A stretch of 64,000 nt of DNA from Heteronotia binoei. Lineage: Eukaryota. Both the position numbers and the translations under genes were made by a program. The stretch lies in contig NC_083228.1 of the NCBI RefSeq assembly GCF_032191835.1, forward strand, positions 44,516,001 through 44,580,000, given 5' to 3'. The notes below the pieces were generated by a model that saw only the letters and a program-made list of their open reading frames with translations, did not search any database and was not told the DNA's origin. Below, piece after piece: positions 1-13,098 of the stretch (within the stretch, counting starts at the first letter, position 1; each line of letters starts with the position of its first letter).

Positions 1-59
1 TGGTATGCACAAGTCTTCCTGGGCACAAATGGCAACAGCAGCAAGTGCAAGACAAGGAG

Positions 60-152
60 CAGGGGTGTAGCCAGGATTTTTTAAGGTCAAGGGGCATTAA
101 AAATTGGTGGGAGGGGGCACTTAAATTTTTAAAAATCCCGGCTATGCCCCTG
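60..152. mobile_element. Small MITE
   Basis: TIRs CAGGGGTGTAGCCAGGATTTT / AAAATCCCGGCTATGCCCCTG. No clear TSD. Confidence 0.7.
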
Positions 153-164
153 AGAGGTGGGCCT

Positions 165-420
165 GGCGGGCTGGGTCTTCCTGCTTCTCAAGCAGGAGGG
201 GGGAGAGAGAGGTGGGGCTAGCAGGCCAGGTCTTCCTGCTTGCCAGCTGGGTCTTCCTGCAGGCTGGGTCTTCCTGCTTGCTGGCTGCAAGACGCACAAA
301 GACCCGCTGCCTCTCACTCTTCTGTTCTGCTCAGCTAAGCTAAGCAGGAGGGGAGAGAGAGGCAGGGCTAGCAGGCCAGGTCTTCCTGCTTTTGCTGGCT
401 GCAAAAGCACAAAAATTTAC
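165..420. repeat. Minisatellite-like array of GGTCTTCCTGC(T) units within a duplicated ~100-bp block
   Basis: Five GGTCTTCCTGC units. The block GCAGGAGGGG...GAGAG...GGGCTAGCAGGCCAGGTCTTCCTGCT occurs near 193 and 345. Confidence 0.75.
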
Positions 421-1449
421 CACAGCTGCCTCTCACCCTCTCTTCCTGCTCCACTGAGTTTGGGGTCCTGAGTATGGGGGCCGGGGGGGGGGCGCTCAGC
501 TGGATGTAAGGAGACGGGGCTACATAGCTGTAGGTCTCACAAGGAGAGAAGGAACCAAAGGGAGACCATATGGACCAATCTGACCAGCGCTTGATAAAAT
601 GAAATAAAAGGCAAACTAGGTGAAATTGGCCCACCAGTGGAACTAACTTGAAAAGAAGACGCATTAAGACTAATTAAATCTGCCCTGTGTTTTGGGGTCT
701 GGTGTGAGAGAAGGAAAGTGTATGTATGAATAGAAGTTCAAAGTTCAATATAAACATATATAATACAATAGTGTACATGCCTAACTACTAGATTAGTTAG
801 AAAATTGTTTTGCCAATTTCCCTGAATTTGATATTCCTAAGTAAATAACAAAGACTGATTTTTGACGTGAATTGTATGTGTGCTAGGCTTCAGAAATCCT
901 ACAACCCACCAACTGGGTTTACACTGCTATCCTAAGCAGCACTGCAACCTTCAAAGCCCAATTCGCTTAGGTCATTGTAATTATGCTTAAGATAGGACTG
1001 TGTAACACCTACCTGTAATCAAAACAGATCTAATGGGGTGGATTTCACCCCAGTCCTTCTATTCAGCAAAGTTTATTTTTTAAAAAGCATTTATGCACCT
1101 TTCCTTTTTACTCAAGTTGGAAGTCTTTTCTCAAATCTAAGGAGGCTTTCTCCAAATTAAGTGGAGAAGAAGAGCCACTGAAGTTGGACAAAGGCTTCTT
1201 GAGCTGGAGGCTTTGTAGATCCATCCAGTGCTTGTATTTTGGAATTGCCTGATGATGATTTCCTTTTGGGAACACATTTTAACCATAAACAGAAATGGCA
1301 GGCTGTGTAATACCAGGAAAGCCAGAAGTGTTAAAAAAATTGTGGTGATACAGATGACATAGAACTTGTCCCAGCATTAGTGACAGTGGCAAGGATGTAT
1401 ATAGCCACAAAATAGAAGTCTACAGCTTCAGTGATGATATGGCATAGTT

Positions 1450-1586
1450 CAGGGGTGGCCAACTGTAGCTGTCCAGATGTTTTTTGCCTACAACTCCCAT
1501 CAGCCTCAGCCATTGGCCATGCTGGCTTGGGCTGATAGTTGTAGGCAAGAAAAAAACATCTGGAGAGCTACCATTGGTCACCTCTG
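1450..1586. mobile_element. hAT-type MITE (CAGGGGT TIR)
   Basis: TIRs CAGGGGTGGCCAA / TTGGTCACCTCTG. 8-bp flanks GCATAGTT / GTATAGTT match 7 of 8, consistent with a hAT TSD. Internally palindromic. Confidence 0.85.
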
Positions 1587-4079
1587 GTATAGTTGAATCT
1601 GGAACACAGCATTGTTAATAACATTGACATGAAAGGGAAAGAGAGAGTACCCTAAATAATAGATTTGTAATTAACAGAATACTAGTAATTAAATACTGGA
1701 TTATAACTTTTGGTGTGATAGTCCACCTCATGTACTGTTTTCTGTAATATAAAGAAAAGTGTTAAATTACCAGGAACCTTCATAGGACAGACAGTTCAGA
1801 GCTATCTGGGCTTTCCAGAGGTCTCCAACAATTTTGTCCATTCTTCCTTTCATCCATAGGGGAATTAGTTAACTGGTCGATACTCCAAATCTACTTCCAG
1901 AAAAAAAACAACTGCAAGCCTTCTGACACCCCTTTTCTTTCCACTTCACTGTTGGGTGTTTTCTTATTCCATTGTTTATCCGTTCTCAGCTCCCAACCGG
2001 ATTTCTCACTAAAGCATTTCTGACTCCCAAAGGAACAACAGGTTGTATGGACACACTTATGGTTTTAAGTTACCCTGCAAAAGTCATCGCCTCTACAGTA
2101 CTGGAAAGGGTGCAGGTTAGGTAAATGCTGGGCATCCATGAAGACCAAATTAAAAAAAAAAAAACCTCTTCTAAGGGCAATTTAGAAATATTTTAGTTTC
2201 TGTGTCTGCTGTGTTTTCCACTGGCAGCAAGATACATTATTAGGGTTTTTCACAGAGGAATCTTAATCTTCTTTGAGACCTCCAGGATTCCTTCAGCTAA
2301 TACGGACTGTGCCTGGGTTTTTACTCTTGACTTGCAAATGAACCAGGATATGTGGAATCAAAATCAGGACAATTCAAGCATGTTCTGCTACTTGTATTAA
2401 GCATTTTGACATTGCAGGCTCTCCATGGATAGAATTAATGTGCTCTTTTGTTGATTGCAAGTGTATCTGAACCCAAATGGATTTCAGCAGGATTTTATCC
2501 TCCGTTAGAGGCCCTTCATAACAACAAGACTCTGCTTACCTGTTGATTGCTTTTCAAAGACTAAAGGCAACATGTTCATATTACCTGTAACCCAAGCTGC
2601 TAATTTAAACATTGCTTTCAAAAGACGTTATGTAATGGAATCCTTTTGATGCAGAGCTCAGTCACATCAGGCTCCTTTCAACCCACAATAATGTCTCACC
2701 ATCTGCATTTATTCTGTCTGTCATACTTGCTCTCTGTTATGAGCACCTCCATTATGTCTGAACTTCTGATTAATACACAAAGACAGGTAAGGGTTGAAGG
2801 GGACTACAGATACGTATTTTGTGTCTTGTCCGAAGAGACAGCTTTCAACTGAATGTAGCTTTCCTCTTTCCCAGTCTTACTTGCACCTGATGATGTTTGC
2901 CTTTTTGATCATCCACAGAGCTCTGGGGCTGTTGGTAATGGGCAAAATATCATTACTAGTACATAGAAATGGAAACAAAACAACCATGCATGCCATAGGT
3001 TCTTCAAAGAATTGAATATTGGCTCTGATAGGAAAGTCAGGGTAGCATTCCCCACCATGACAGCTACCTTTGGTTTTGCAAAGCGCACATATATGCATAT
3101 ATATATATATATATATACACACAGACGCACATACACCCAGGGAACTTGTCTTGTGATAGCCCATTCATGTGAGTGTTCCATTCATGCACATGCTTCAGGG
3201 GCATGGGATTGCAGCATGGGGAAGTGGAGATTATGACACTGGATGTGCATATAAGTGGGGAGGGAGGTAGCCACATTGTAGCATGTACACAGTAACCAAA
3301 TCCATCCTCCCTTCAAACCATTGCCGTTACGTTCTATCACCAGAACTGTGTAATTAAAGTTGTTGACAATGAACTGTAAGTTCTGTTACGTTAAAAGGGT
3401 TAGAGCTATAATAACCATACCACAAACTAGTCGGCAGGTTTCCTCGTTTTTTAGTGTCAGCTGTTTATCTGACCACAGTGCGGCAGAACTGTAATTTGTT
3501 TCTTAATTTGCAAACCTATTTGAGACAAACAGCAGATGAGACATCACTCTAAAAACATAAGGCGTGGCAAACTAAAACTGGTCAGATAAGAGTATAGAGA
3601 ACTCAACAGGATGCACTAATGAGTGAAGGAGGCTGTTCCAAGTATACCAATGGGATTTATGTATGACAAGGAAAGGAGAGATGCAAGGAATGAAACAAAC
3701 AAGAGCATTCAGAGATTAAGCCTAGAGCTACATAATACCTTTTGTTCAATGGATTGAAATTCAAAATTGGTTTTAATGGATACTGGTGATGCTATATTTT
3801 GTGAGTTTGTTCATAGATGCTAATATGGGCTATAATTCTGCATTTTCTCTGGTGGCCTTAAAAAAATCCTCTTATGCCTGTTACAGTTTTCCTTTCTATT
3901 TTAGACCATGCAGGCTAAGTTTTGGTACAATCAGTCAGCATTTTAAGCCATTGTCTGCTGTACCAGAGGTAAATTGGACAAGGCATCACCCATGGATACA
4001 GCAGCACAGCACATTGCAAACAATGGTATTGTGGATTCAGATGGGTAACCATGTTGGTCTGAAGCAAAATAGCAAGCTT

Positions 4080-4200
4080 TGAGTCCAGTGGCACCTTTAA
4101 GACCAACAAAGTTTTATTCTGGGTATAAGTTTTTGTACATGAAAGCTTATACCCAGAATTAAACTTTGTTGGTCTTAAAGGTGCCATTAAACTCAAATTT
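4080..4200. repeat. Collapsed palindromic pair of Penelope-like termini
   Basis: GAGTCCAGTGGCACCTTTAAGACCAACAAAGTTTT and its inverted copy. Similar collapsed dyads occur at about 9125-9215 and 44168-44270. Confidence 0.7.
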
Positions 4201-4417
4201 GTTTTAATGGTATTGTGGGTTTTGCAGGTGGACATTAGGTTAGACTCAAGGAACCCTTGTCATTTACAGTCAAAGTGAAAGAGCAATTTCAGTTGAAAAA
4301 TTGCAAATACTACAGCCATTCACATGCACCACAATAAACTCTTATTGAATCAATGTTTGCTAATGAAGCAGCCATAATCATCATGCATGCCCTCATAAAT
4401 TTGCTGGGTTTTTTTGC

Positions 4418-4611
4418 TATCAAAGCTAACTTATGGCAACTCCTAGGGTTTTCAAGGCAAGAGACAATCAAAGGTGGTTTGCCATTTCCTGCCACCATGT
4501 CATGACCCTGGTATTCCTTGGTGGTCTCCCATCCAAATACTGACCAGGGCTGAACCTGCTTAACTTCCAAGATCTGACAAGATCAGGCTCCCCTGGGACA
4601 TCCAGGTCAGA
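4418..4611 (-). mobile_element. 5S rRNA-headed SINE, second copy
   Basis: Reverse-strand homologue of 8361-8566. A tail-only remnant also lies at about 62343-62435. Confidence 0.8.
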
Positions 4612-5639
4612 GGCCCTTATCGATAGGTCCATGTAATCATATAATAAAAGCTTACGTGTTGGCACATCCCTCAATTTTTATTGGAAGATGTGGCGACCAC
4701 AGGAGTGACTCTGAACTCCAAAGGGAGTTCTGGCCATCACATTTAAAGGAACCGCACACCTTTTAAATGCCTTTCCTCCATTGGAAATAATGGATATGGG
4801 CAACTTCTTTTTGGGCTTCTGGTCCAATCTTTTTGAATCTTGAAGCTTTGAGGGAAAGCACTGGATGCTATGCTGCAAATTTGATGCCTCTTCCTCAAAA
4901 AATAACTCCCCTAGGGTCCCAGATACCCATGGATCAATTCTCCATGGATCAATTCTCCATTATACCCTATGGCAATTGGTCTCCATAGGGAATAATGGAG
5001 TGCCCAGCAGACATTTCCCTCCCCCCTCGCTTTCTGATGACCCTGAAGCAGAGGGGATCCCTTCAAACTGGGGGATCCCCTGCCCCCAACAAGGGACTGG
5101 CAACCCTACTTTCAATCCACTTCCCATTCACTTTCCAACTGGATTTTACTGTATGAATTATCCAGACATATCAAATACTACAGTTATTAGTGTGTATACT
5201 GAAGTCCTTTGCATCACACTTATATCAAACAGTATAAGCAAAGTTAACAATGGATATTGGCTCATTTAAACCAGGAGCCCTCAGACTTCACAAACATGTA
5301 TATTAAACAAAAGCTTCCCTTCCCCCAGCATCTACCCAATATTCTTAGGAACTAACTCAAAAGTTGCCAAGCCAAGTATTTGTTTCTGTATTTTTGTAAA
5401 GCTCATTTGAGCCACCCATATTCAAGGGATCATTGGAAGAAGGCATGCAGCACATTAACAAACCTGACAGCATTTCTCACCGTTGGGGTGGGGGAACAGT
5501 ATGGAAGATTCTCACCCTACATAAAGCTCCCAATTCGGTTGGATGTTCCAGTAAACTTTGAGAGTGTGTTCTGCTTTTGTTTCCAATCAGGATGTATGTT
5601 TAGTATTCACATAGGTCCAATTATGACTCTTGTGTGCTG

Positions 5640-6106
5640 ATAGATCTGCAGTGGCAGTCAGTTCATTACGGGGCATTCCGACACAGTGCTGGTTCTTACC
5701 AATAAGCAGCTCAGGGCCAGGGTGCCTGAAGAACTTGCGGCCTCCTGCCCTGTCCAGCTTACCAGTTCAGGCCCTCATCTCAAGCACTGCCCTTGGTTTA
5801 CCTGCCCACAGAAGTGAGACAGACAGAGACAAGCAATGGACTTCTGCAGTGGTGGTGCCCACCTCAAGCTTGCAAAGCATTGACATTAGTGGCTTTGAGG
5901 TGCCAGGCCAAAATCTTCTTCGCTCGGGTTTTTAATTGAACTTGATCTGCTACCTGCTCTTCTGCTGATTTTATACAACTGGTTTACTACCTGCTGTGTT
6001 ACAAGGCTGGGGGTGGGTTCTATTTCTGCTCTTAGAGTTATTTTAGTGATGTCCTTTGATGGTAAACTGTGGGATAGAAATCTTTGAAATAAATAAATAA
6101 ATAAAA
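5640..6106 (+). mobile_element. Degenerate L2-clade LINE 3' fragment
   Basis: Broken VLVLT.K...GPGCLK and S.VVVP motifs homologous to the 23746 copy; ends in (AAAT)n. Confidence 0.7.
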
Positions 6107-6575
6107 TAGTGCATACCTTCCACTTCCATATGCACTGCATGCGATGCAAACATTCCACAGTATCCTTGTATTACAGAGGACCAAATCTCATAACCTTTTT
6201 TGCTTCAAAAGAGGGGACAAATGGCATAGCTGAGCTCTCTCCACATATAAGAGTTAAAATTGAATATCTACACCACACATTATGTAATACGCATGGCAGA
6301 ATGATGCATGCATCTGTTTTGCGTCTCTGCAAGGAACAAGATTTTCAGCGCAAGGAGGTGACTGAAGATTAAATGTGGTGTTGGAGTTACATAACTGGAA
6401 TTTCAGATAGGTCATTTGTCTCTTAGATACCACCACAATGTGGCTCTTTTTCTAATTTCAGCATGTGCCACAAAGGTTAAATGCGGATTTGAACATTCAG
6501 TGACCTTAAAAGTAATCAGGGCTGCTTTTCAATGCCATATGCCTATTGGTATGTTATCAAGAATGACATAAAATT

Positions 6576-6872
6576 AAAGGTAAAAGGTAGTTCCCTGTGC
6601 AAGTACTGAGTCATTACCGACCCATGGGGTGATGTTACATCATGACATTTTCTTGGCAGACTTTTTACGGAGTGGTTTGCCATTGCCTTCCCCAGTCATC
6701 TACACTTTACCCCCAGCAAACTGGGCACTCATTTTACAAACCCTGGAAGTATGGAAGGCTAAGTCAACCTTGATCTAGCTACCTGAACCCAGCTTCTTCT
6801 GGGATCAAACTCAGGTCGTGAACAGAGCTTGTACTGCAGTACTGCAGCTTACCACTCTGTGCCACAGGGCTC
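6576..6872 (-). mobile_element. Sauria-type SINE
   Basis: Reverse complement of the 62996-63292 copy; tRNA-like head with A box (GGCACAGAGTGG) and B box (GAGTTTGATCC). Confidence 0.85.
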
Positions 6873-6974
6873 TGAATTATACCCCCTCTATATTTTCTGA
6901 TAACACAGTCCGCTTTGCATTGGCATTTGACATGGCATGTGAACATAAAAATCTAGTTATATGCAAAATAGTAA

Positions 6975-7131
6975 AGAGTCCAGTAGCACCTTAAAGACTA
7001 ACAAATTTTATTGTAGCATAAGCTTTCAAGAAACACAGTTGTCTTCATCAGATGCATCTAACAAAGAGAGCTGTTTCTCAAAAGCTTATGCTACAATAAA
7101 ACTTGTTAGTCTTAAAGATGCTACTGGACTC
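6975..7131. mobile_element. Palindromic pair of Penelope-like termini with two degenerate hammerhead-like motifs
   Basis: AGAGTCCAGTAGCACCTTAAAGACTAACAA... and its inverted copy ...TTGTTAGTCTTAAAGATGCTACTGGACTCT. Confidence 0.75.
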
Positions 7132-8360
7132 TTTACTATTTTTCAGGAACAGACTGACACTGCTAACTCCTCTGGAGTTATAGGCAACATCTTTTTTCAG
7201 TTTATTATCTAGATGTCAATGCTGCTGATGGACAGCAGAGGGCAACAGAGAGCTACTGTGGAAGAATAGCACACCACCAGGCTTTCTATTAGGCTACAGC
7301 AGAGGCGGTCAAACTTGCTTAATATAAGAGCCACATAGAATAAATGCCAGATGCAAAATGCAAGACATGACCATCAGATGTTTGACAGCCACAAGGCATG
7401 AGCATCAGATGTTTGAGAGCCAGAAGGAAGGAAGGAAGGAAGGAAGAGAGGGAGGGAGGAAGGCAGGCAGGCAGGCAAATAGATGGGGGAGGGAGGGAGA
7501 AGTAGAAAGAAATAAACTTTAACTTTAAATGCATTCTCCAAGCCGCCAGCTGGTTTTGCTTGGATAAGTAATTTAAAGAGAGAAATGTCTTCTCCAAGCT
7601 GGCTAACAGGGTGGTGGGGGCTTCAAAAGCCACAGTTTGGCCACCTCTGGGCTACAGGATGAAAGATTAGCAATTAATTGGTTTAAAATGAGATCTGTGT
7701 GGGAAAGTGTGATGACAGGAAACTATTCTGCCCTGAGAGGGAAAACAGCCACTCAGCAATTTTACATCCGAGTTGATGGGAATGGTGCTCCAGCATCCAA
7801 TCTGGGGTTAGGGTTAGGGGATGGAAAGGTGGGGAAAGGGTCAGAGAGGGGATGGGGGGGCAGGCTGGAAACTGAGGGCTGCCTGAGAGACAGACAGCTC
7901 AAGTTGGGAATTGTCTCAGCAAGGAAGCAGACAATTTTGTCTATAGCTCTGCCTGGTAGTGTGACAGAGTGGTTTTACTCTACCTCTTGGAAAGGATAGT
8001 GTTATGAGCAGAGGTCATTTAATAGAAAAATGCCGGAGCTCATTAGCACAACTTATTTGCATATGCCACACGCCTCTGACATCACTGGAAGGTGTACTAA
8101 ATTTTATCAGCTCTGCATCTACCTTAAAATGTTCCTTGGATTAGAATCATCATAATAAAGCCTTACTTCCATCATACTTTTAAAATTACTTTCTCCTATA
8201 TGAAATCTTTTGGTTTGCATCCAAAGTCTAATCCTCCTCAGTTATAGGAAATACTAATGATTTTTAATAGTGCAATCCTAAACAAAGTTACACTCTTCTA
8301 AACCCAATGAATGTAACAACCTTAAAAGAGTATATGTTGGTTTAGCATGAGACTACAGAT

Positions 8361-8566
8361 GTCCTGCCCTGACCTGAATGGCCCAGGCTAGCCCAATCTC
8401 ATCAGATCTTGGCAATTAAGCAAGGTTGGTCCTGGTTAGTATTTGGATGGGAGACCACCAAGGAAGTCCAGGGTCACAACAGAGAGGAAGGAACTCTGAA
8501 CATCTCTTGCTTTGAAAACCCTACGGGGGTGCCTTAAGTCTGCTGTGACGATGACTCTTTCCACCC
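8361..8566 (+). mobile_element. 5S rRNA-headed SINE (SINE3, 5S-Sauria-like)
   Basis: CCCAATCTCATCAGATCTTGGCAATTAAGCAAGG...CCTGGTTAGTATTTGGATGGGAGACC matches the internal part of 5S rRNA and is fused to a non-5S tail. Confidence 0.8.
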
Positions 8567-10927
8567 CAGATGTTCTTAATTTGCAATAGCAGTATCTTCC
8601 TATTTCCTTTTAAAATGAAGGGTATTCAAAACATTTTTATTTTCAAGAGGGACAGTAAAGTCTTGGTCAATATTTAAGAAAGCTAACGCTGATTCCTCTG
8701 GATTTTTACAAATGCCAGTCATCTCAGGAATTCTGGGTGCTGCGTTTGAGGCCATTGGAGCTGATTCCTATATGCAATATTATTTATAGTCCAAGAAAAA
8801 AAAATCTTCTGATCAGCTTGTACACATCGGCAATTAGTTGAGCTGGTGAACATGTTGTAAACGTTGTTCAGTCATTGTACAAATTTGCAGTCACTGAGTT
8901 TTTCCAGATACATGAGTTTCCCGTTTTTAGATAATCTATTATGTTGCAACGCACAATATTGCTTATTTCCAAGTCAAGCTGTTTCAGAAAATCTTGGATA
9001 ATGGGTGAAATGTCTGGAGTTCGGCTATACTCTGAGTCAACTGGAAGGATTTTATTAGCTTATGGCTGAGAGGCAGCACTGTGTCGTGCAGGGGGGCCAC
9101 AATGTTGGTCTGAAACCGAACAAAATCTGAGTCCAGCGGCACCTTTTAAATCAGCAAAGCTTTATTCTGTGTATACCCAGAATAAAACTTTGTTGGCCTT
9201 CAAACTTTATTGGACTCAAACTTTATTGTGTAGTGCAGTGATATTCAGTGACTTGGGAGCCACGTGTGGCTCTTTGAAATGCCACCTGCAGGTATGCGAG
9301 GCACTGTTCCTCAGTTTGGCACCTGCCTTATATTCCAGGAAAGTGAGCAGGGCCTGGCCCTGTAAGGGCATGTGGTTGGGGGGTGGTTTCCACCCTGAAG
9401 CAGCCACTGGGAGGATGGATAAACTATAAGCCTCCCTGAGCCGTAGGCTTAATGCCAGGGAAGGAAACAAATGGCCCATCCTCTCCAGCCCCTTTGCTGC
9501 AGTCTTATCCCAGCACCTGGGCAGCAGCCAGGAGGAGAGCTAGCTGGCCACGGAGGAGCTAGAGAACAGCCGCCACCACCATGGCAGGCACAGTGGAAAA
9601 GAACAAGGTGGCCAAAGCGGGTGGGGATGGTGTTACTCCCCTTTCTCCATAGCTGGCCTGCACTCCTTAGGGAGCCTTGGCAGTCTGACCGTCTCAACTG
9701 AGCTGTTGTGCCTGCACTGAGGGATTGCGAAAGCACAGAGAGAAGACCTTCCCTTCACTTCAGATACAACTGGGCTGGCTAAGGTTCAACCGTGGTGGGG
9801 AGAGAGACCTCTAACAGCTCAGAAACAGTCTGCTGATTTTTTAATAACATAGTTACGTATTTCATATTAATAGGTGTCATACTGCATACGTGTATTTGGA
9901 GTGGCACAGGACATCCTGTAGTCTCTTGCTTGAGGGCAGTTGCAAAGATGACTCTCTGTAAGTTGCAGAGGGAGTACCGCTGGTGTAGTGGTCAGAGTGT
10001 GTGTGTGTTGGGGGGGGGGGGGAGAAAGCAAGACTTTTTTTTGCCATTGAGAAAGCTTTGCTAATTATTTTTAGTGCAGATTAATGCTGGAGCCATCATT
10101 CTTTCAGGTTCAGCTCCTTAACCTAGAATCTCTAGAAGTTAATTCTTACACTGGGAAGTGGATGTATCAGCTGTCTCTGGAATGAATTCATGTGCATGAG
10201 CACTAATGCTCCATGCAGGGCACAGTCTGCCTTTTTACACACTGCATCTGCTGAAATACATTCTGAACTGTGGACAGAAGGCAAGTCTGGGTTTAAAATA
10301 CACATTTGTCCAAGAAAACAAATGTCCTGGCTTTCAAATGGGCAGAAGATTGGTGAATGCAGAGTAAATAAGTGCAACATTTGAAATGTGAAATAGCATG
10401 TTTAGAAATATGTAATCATGGAGTAGGAGGATTCAGTGATCCCTGATATGGCACTGCAAGTATTGGTTCTCATTTTTTACTATGAAATGTATGTGTGGCA
10501 CATGATCCTCCGATATGTTAGCTGCCAATCTGAATGCAAGTCATTTTCAAGGTTGGGTTTCAAACTATAGTTGTCCTGAAGTGTCCTTCGCAGTGCTATA
10601 GTAAGGGTTATAACAGGATACTGCTGGCGAGGTAGTCTGAATACTTAGAAGTGTTATATAAATGCTCAGTAGTACTGGAAGCTAAGAGGCTAAAGTGTCA
10701 ATACCACAGCAATGTTTTTATATTGCTACCTTGGTTAGCTTTGGACCTGCTTTGCTTTTGGCCAGGACACTAGCACAACCTGCAGTTTTATTCCTGTGAA
10801 CGACTGCTGTTTGCAAGGGAAGCTGCACGGGAGTAACTTTGTGGGGTGGCACCCTTGTAAATGCTCACAGCAGGGGAGATGTTTGTTTGTAAAATGAACA
10901 AAATTACATTTCACTTTAAGCCAAGTA

Positions 10928-11128
10928 TAGGGTTGTCATCTTACAGGGGGTGACTGGAGATCTCCTAGGTTTACAACTGATCTCCAGGTGACAGACACAA
11001 GTTCACCTGGAGAAAACAGCTGCTTTGGAAGGTGGACTGTATGGCATTCTATCCCACCGAAGTTCTACCCCACCGAACCCCACCCTCCAAATTTCCAGGT
11101 ATTCCCCAACCCAGAGCTGGTGACTCTA
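10928..11128. mobile_element. hAT-type MITE, same TIR family as 12503-12702
   Basis: TAGGGTTGTCA...TGGTGACTCTA. Partial copies also lie at about 58899-58985 and 59410-59558, with a related TIR end at 5097-5107. Confidence 0.75.
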
Positions 11129-12502
11129 ATGCTGTCCTTCAGGATCAAAAGTCTTTGATATTCATTCTAAAATTTCAAGTGCTCTGGTAACACAATGAAA
11201 CAATTTGATTTTCAGACCTTCTAAACTGCCCTACATTTTTTGAAGACATTGCCAATTTTCCTCCCTGTTGCTTCTTCCATTGGCTAGAAAGTCTACACGA
11301 AAAAGGCCTCAAGACTATGGAGTATAATCTCTGACTCAGGCTCTTGTGTTAATGACCTACTGAAAACTATCATGATTTCAAATGAGCAGTGTTTATATAC
11401 AGCTCTCCAAACAGGACAGTTGACTTCTCTTTGGAAAGAGCCAGCTAGTAAAGATTAAGGGATTATGTTAAACAAACAGTCTGCTAAGCAGCTTTTACAG
11501 TCTGGTTTAGAGTTCACTATAGGTTGTCTTCAGTTGTGCATGTTGTGTATTTTCCAGCTGTAAAGGCAAAACCACGTGTCCTGCTAATATTCTTGTGTGC
11601 TAGCATGGAGCAGTAGAACATTAAAAGTTGAATGCAGAAATCTAAGCATAAATTCCTGCTCTCACGAAGCTCATGTTTTTGGGCCACTGTAGAACTAAAG
11701 GGGATATGTTTAAACAAACAGAATCAAATCCCTCTGTCAGCAAGCCAGTTGCACTGTCTGGCTCTCGCAAAATGGACTGTGGCTGTCTACTGATTGGAAT
11801 AACATATGCAGTCTACGTATCTGCAAGTCAATGTGCAGCAGGCTCTCTCTACATGATTGTGAACCCTAAAAATGTATACATGTGAGACTAGAGCTTGTTG
11901 CTGTGGTTCCATGCTTAGATGTACATTTATTATCCAACCTTTAGTTGACTCTGGTGTAGGGTGAGATTAGGACTGGTTAATATTCTTGCTCAAGCATGAA
12001 ATTCTCTGTGAGTGATAGAAATGGCTACATATTGCATACTGAAAAGTAATATCATGCATCATAGTAGTGTTATATATTTCAGGTCTCTTTTTCAGCATTA
12101 TTTTCGTAAAAGATGCATCTTACGGGGATGTTTATAAGGTGAAATGTGCATGCAGGAGTCTATCCAGTTGTCTGCAAGAAATAATCCTGCTCCTGCATTG
12201 AAATGTATTTTTTCACTATAATTTTTATAAATAACTTTAAACATACATGTAGGTTTTTGAACACTGCTTGCCTGATGGTACCTGCGGTCTTTCCTCTCTC
12301 CACCACCGGTTTTTTGGCTTCAAGCCTTGACCAAGTTATCACCTTTAATTATGCATTGATAACCTGTTTAAGCATTAGTATCATTGTATAATATCCTGTT
12401 TAACTAGCATTATTATTATTATTATTTTGTAGTGAATCTGCAGGAGACCTTTTTCAGGTTAATTCAGTGCAGCGATTATAATTTCATGCCTGCTGGCTCA
12501 GC

Positions 12503-12702
12503 TAGGGTTACCAACTCCAGGTTGGGAAATTCCTGGAGACATGGGGGTAGAGCCTGGGGAGCAGAAGCAGAAGGTGCCCAGTAGGGATGTGAGTCGACCC
12601 TGCAAGACAACCATTTTCTCCAGGGAATTAAATCTCTTTAGCCTGGAAATCACTTGTAAATGCTGTAGAAATCCAGGCCCCATCTGGAGGTTGGCAGCCC
12701 CT
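12503..12702. mobile_element. hAT-type MITE with TAGGGTT(A/G)CCA TIRs (Blackjack-like)
   Basis: TAGGGTTACCAAC / GTTGGCAGCCCTA. 8-bp flanks GGCTCAGC / TGCTCAGT match 6 of 8. Confidence 0.8.
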
Positions 12703-13098
12703 ATGCTCAGTCTACTTTTGGAAGGCATGCCCTAGCCACAGGCCACCTTTTGGAATGTTCATCCTACCTTTGACAGCTAAAAAAAACCCCTCTGAAAAAT
12801 ATGAGAGCCTCAGTGCCCTGAAGTGGTTCAACTTTCAGGCTAGCATGGGGGAGCCTGGAGTGCAAATCTCTAAGCTACCAGGAAGCTCCTCGAGTAAGCT
12901 TGATTTTCTGCCTGATCGACTTTATATGAGGCAGAAGAATCATGTATGCCATTTTGATCTCTCTTGATAAAGGGATGGGGTTTAAAAATATATGGGATAA
13001 TAATGAGTAGATCGAGAGAATAAGACAAGGAACAAGCTAAACATTAGGAGACATTTGTTGATGCAAATAATGTACAGTGCACAATGTATAGCAAAGCA

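Noticed and set aside
3095-3125. (AT)n/(AC)n microsatellite, plus (GGAA)n near 7425, (ATT)n near 12410 and poly-G runs at 481, 10011 and 16664
   Set aside because: Ordinary simple repeats with no further structure.
4080-4200. CRISPR-like or pre-miRNA interpretation of the recurring palindromes
   Set aside because: The copies are dispersed rather than regularly spaced, the context is eukaryotic, and they are explained as inverted Penelope-type termini.
8390-8475. 5S rRNA gene (also 4505-4590, - strand)
   Set aside because: It lacks the 5S 5' end and T-run terminator, carries many substitutions, and is fused to a SINE tail in both copies.
9569-9652. Near-perfect Kozak context GCCGCCACCACCATGG opening a 23-codon ORF (MAGTVEKNKVAKAGGDGVTPLSP)
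   Set aside because: No recognisable homology, CpG island or splice donor; treated as chance within GC-rich repeat-like DNA.
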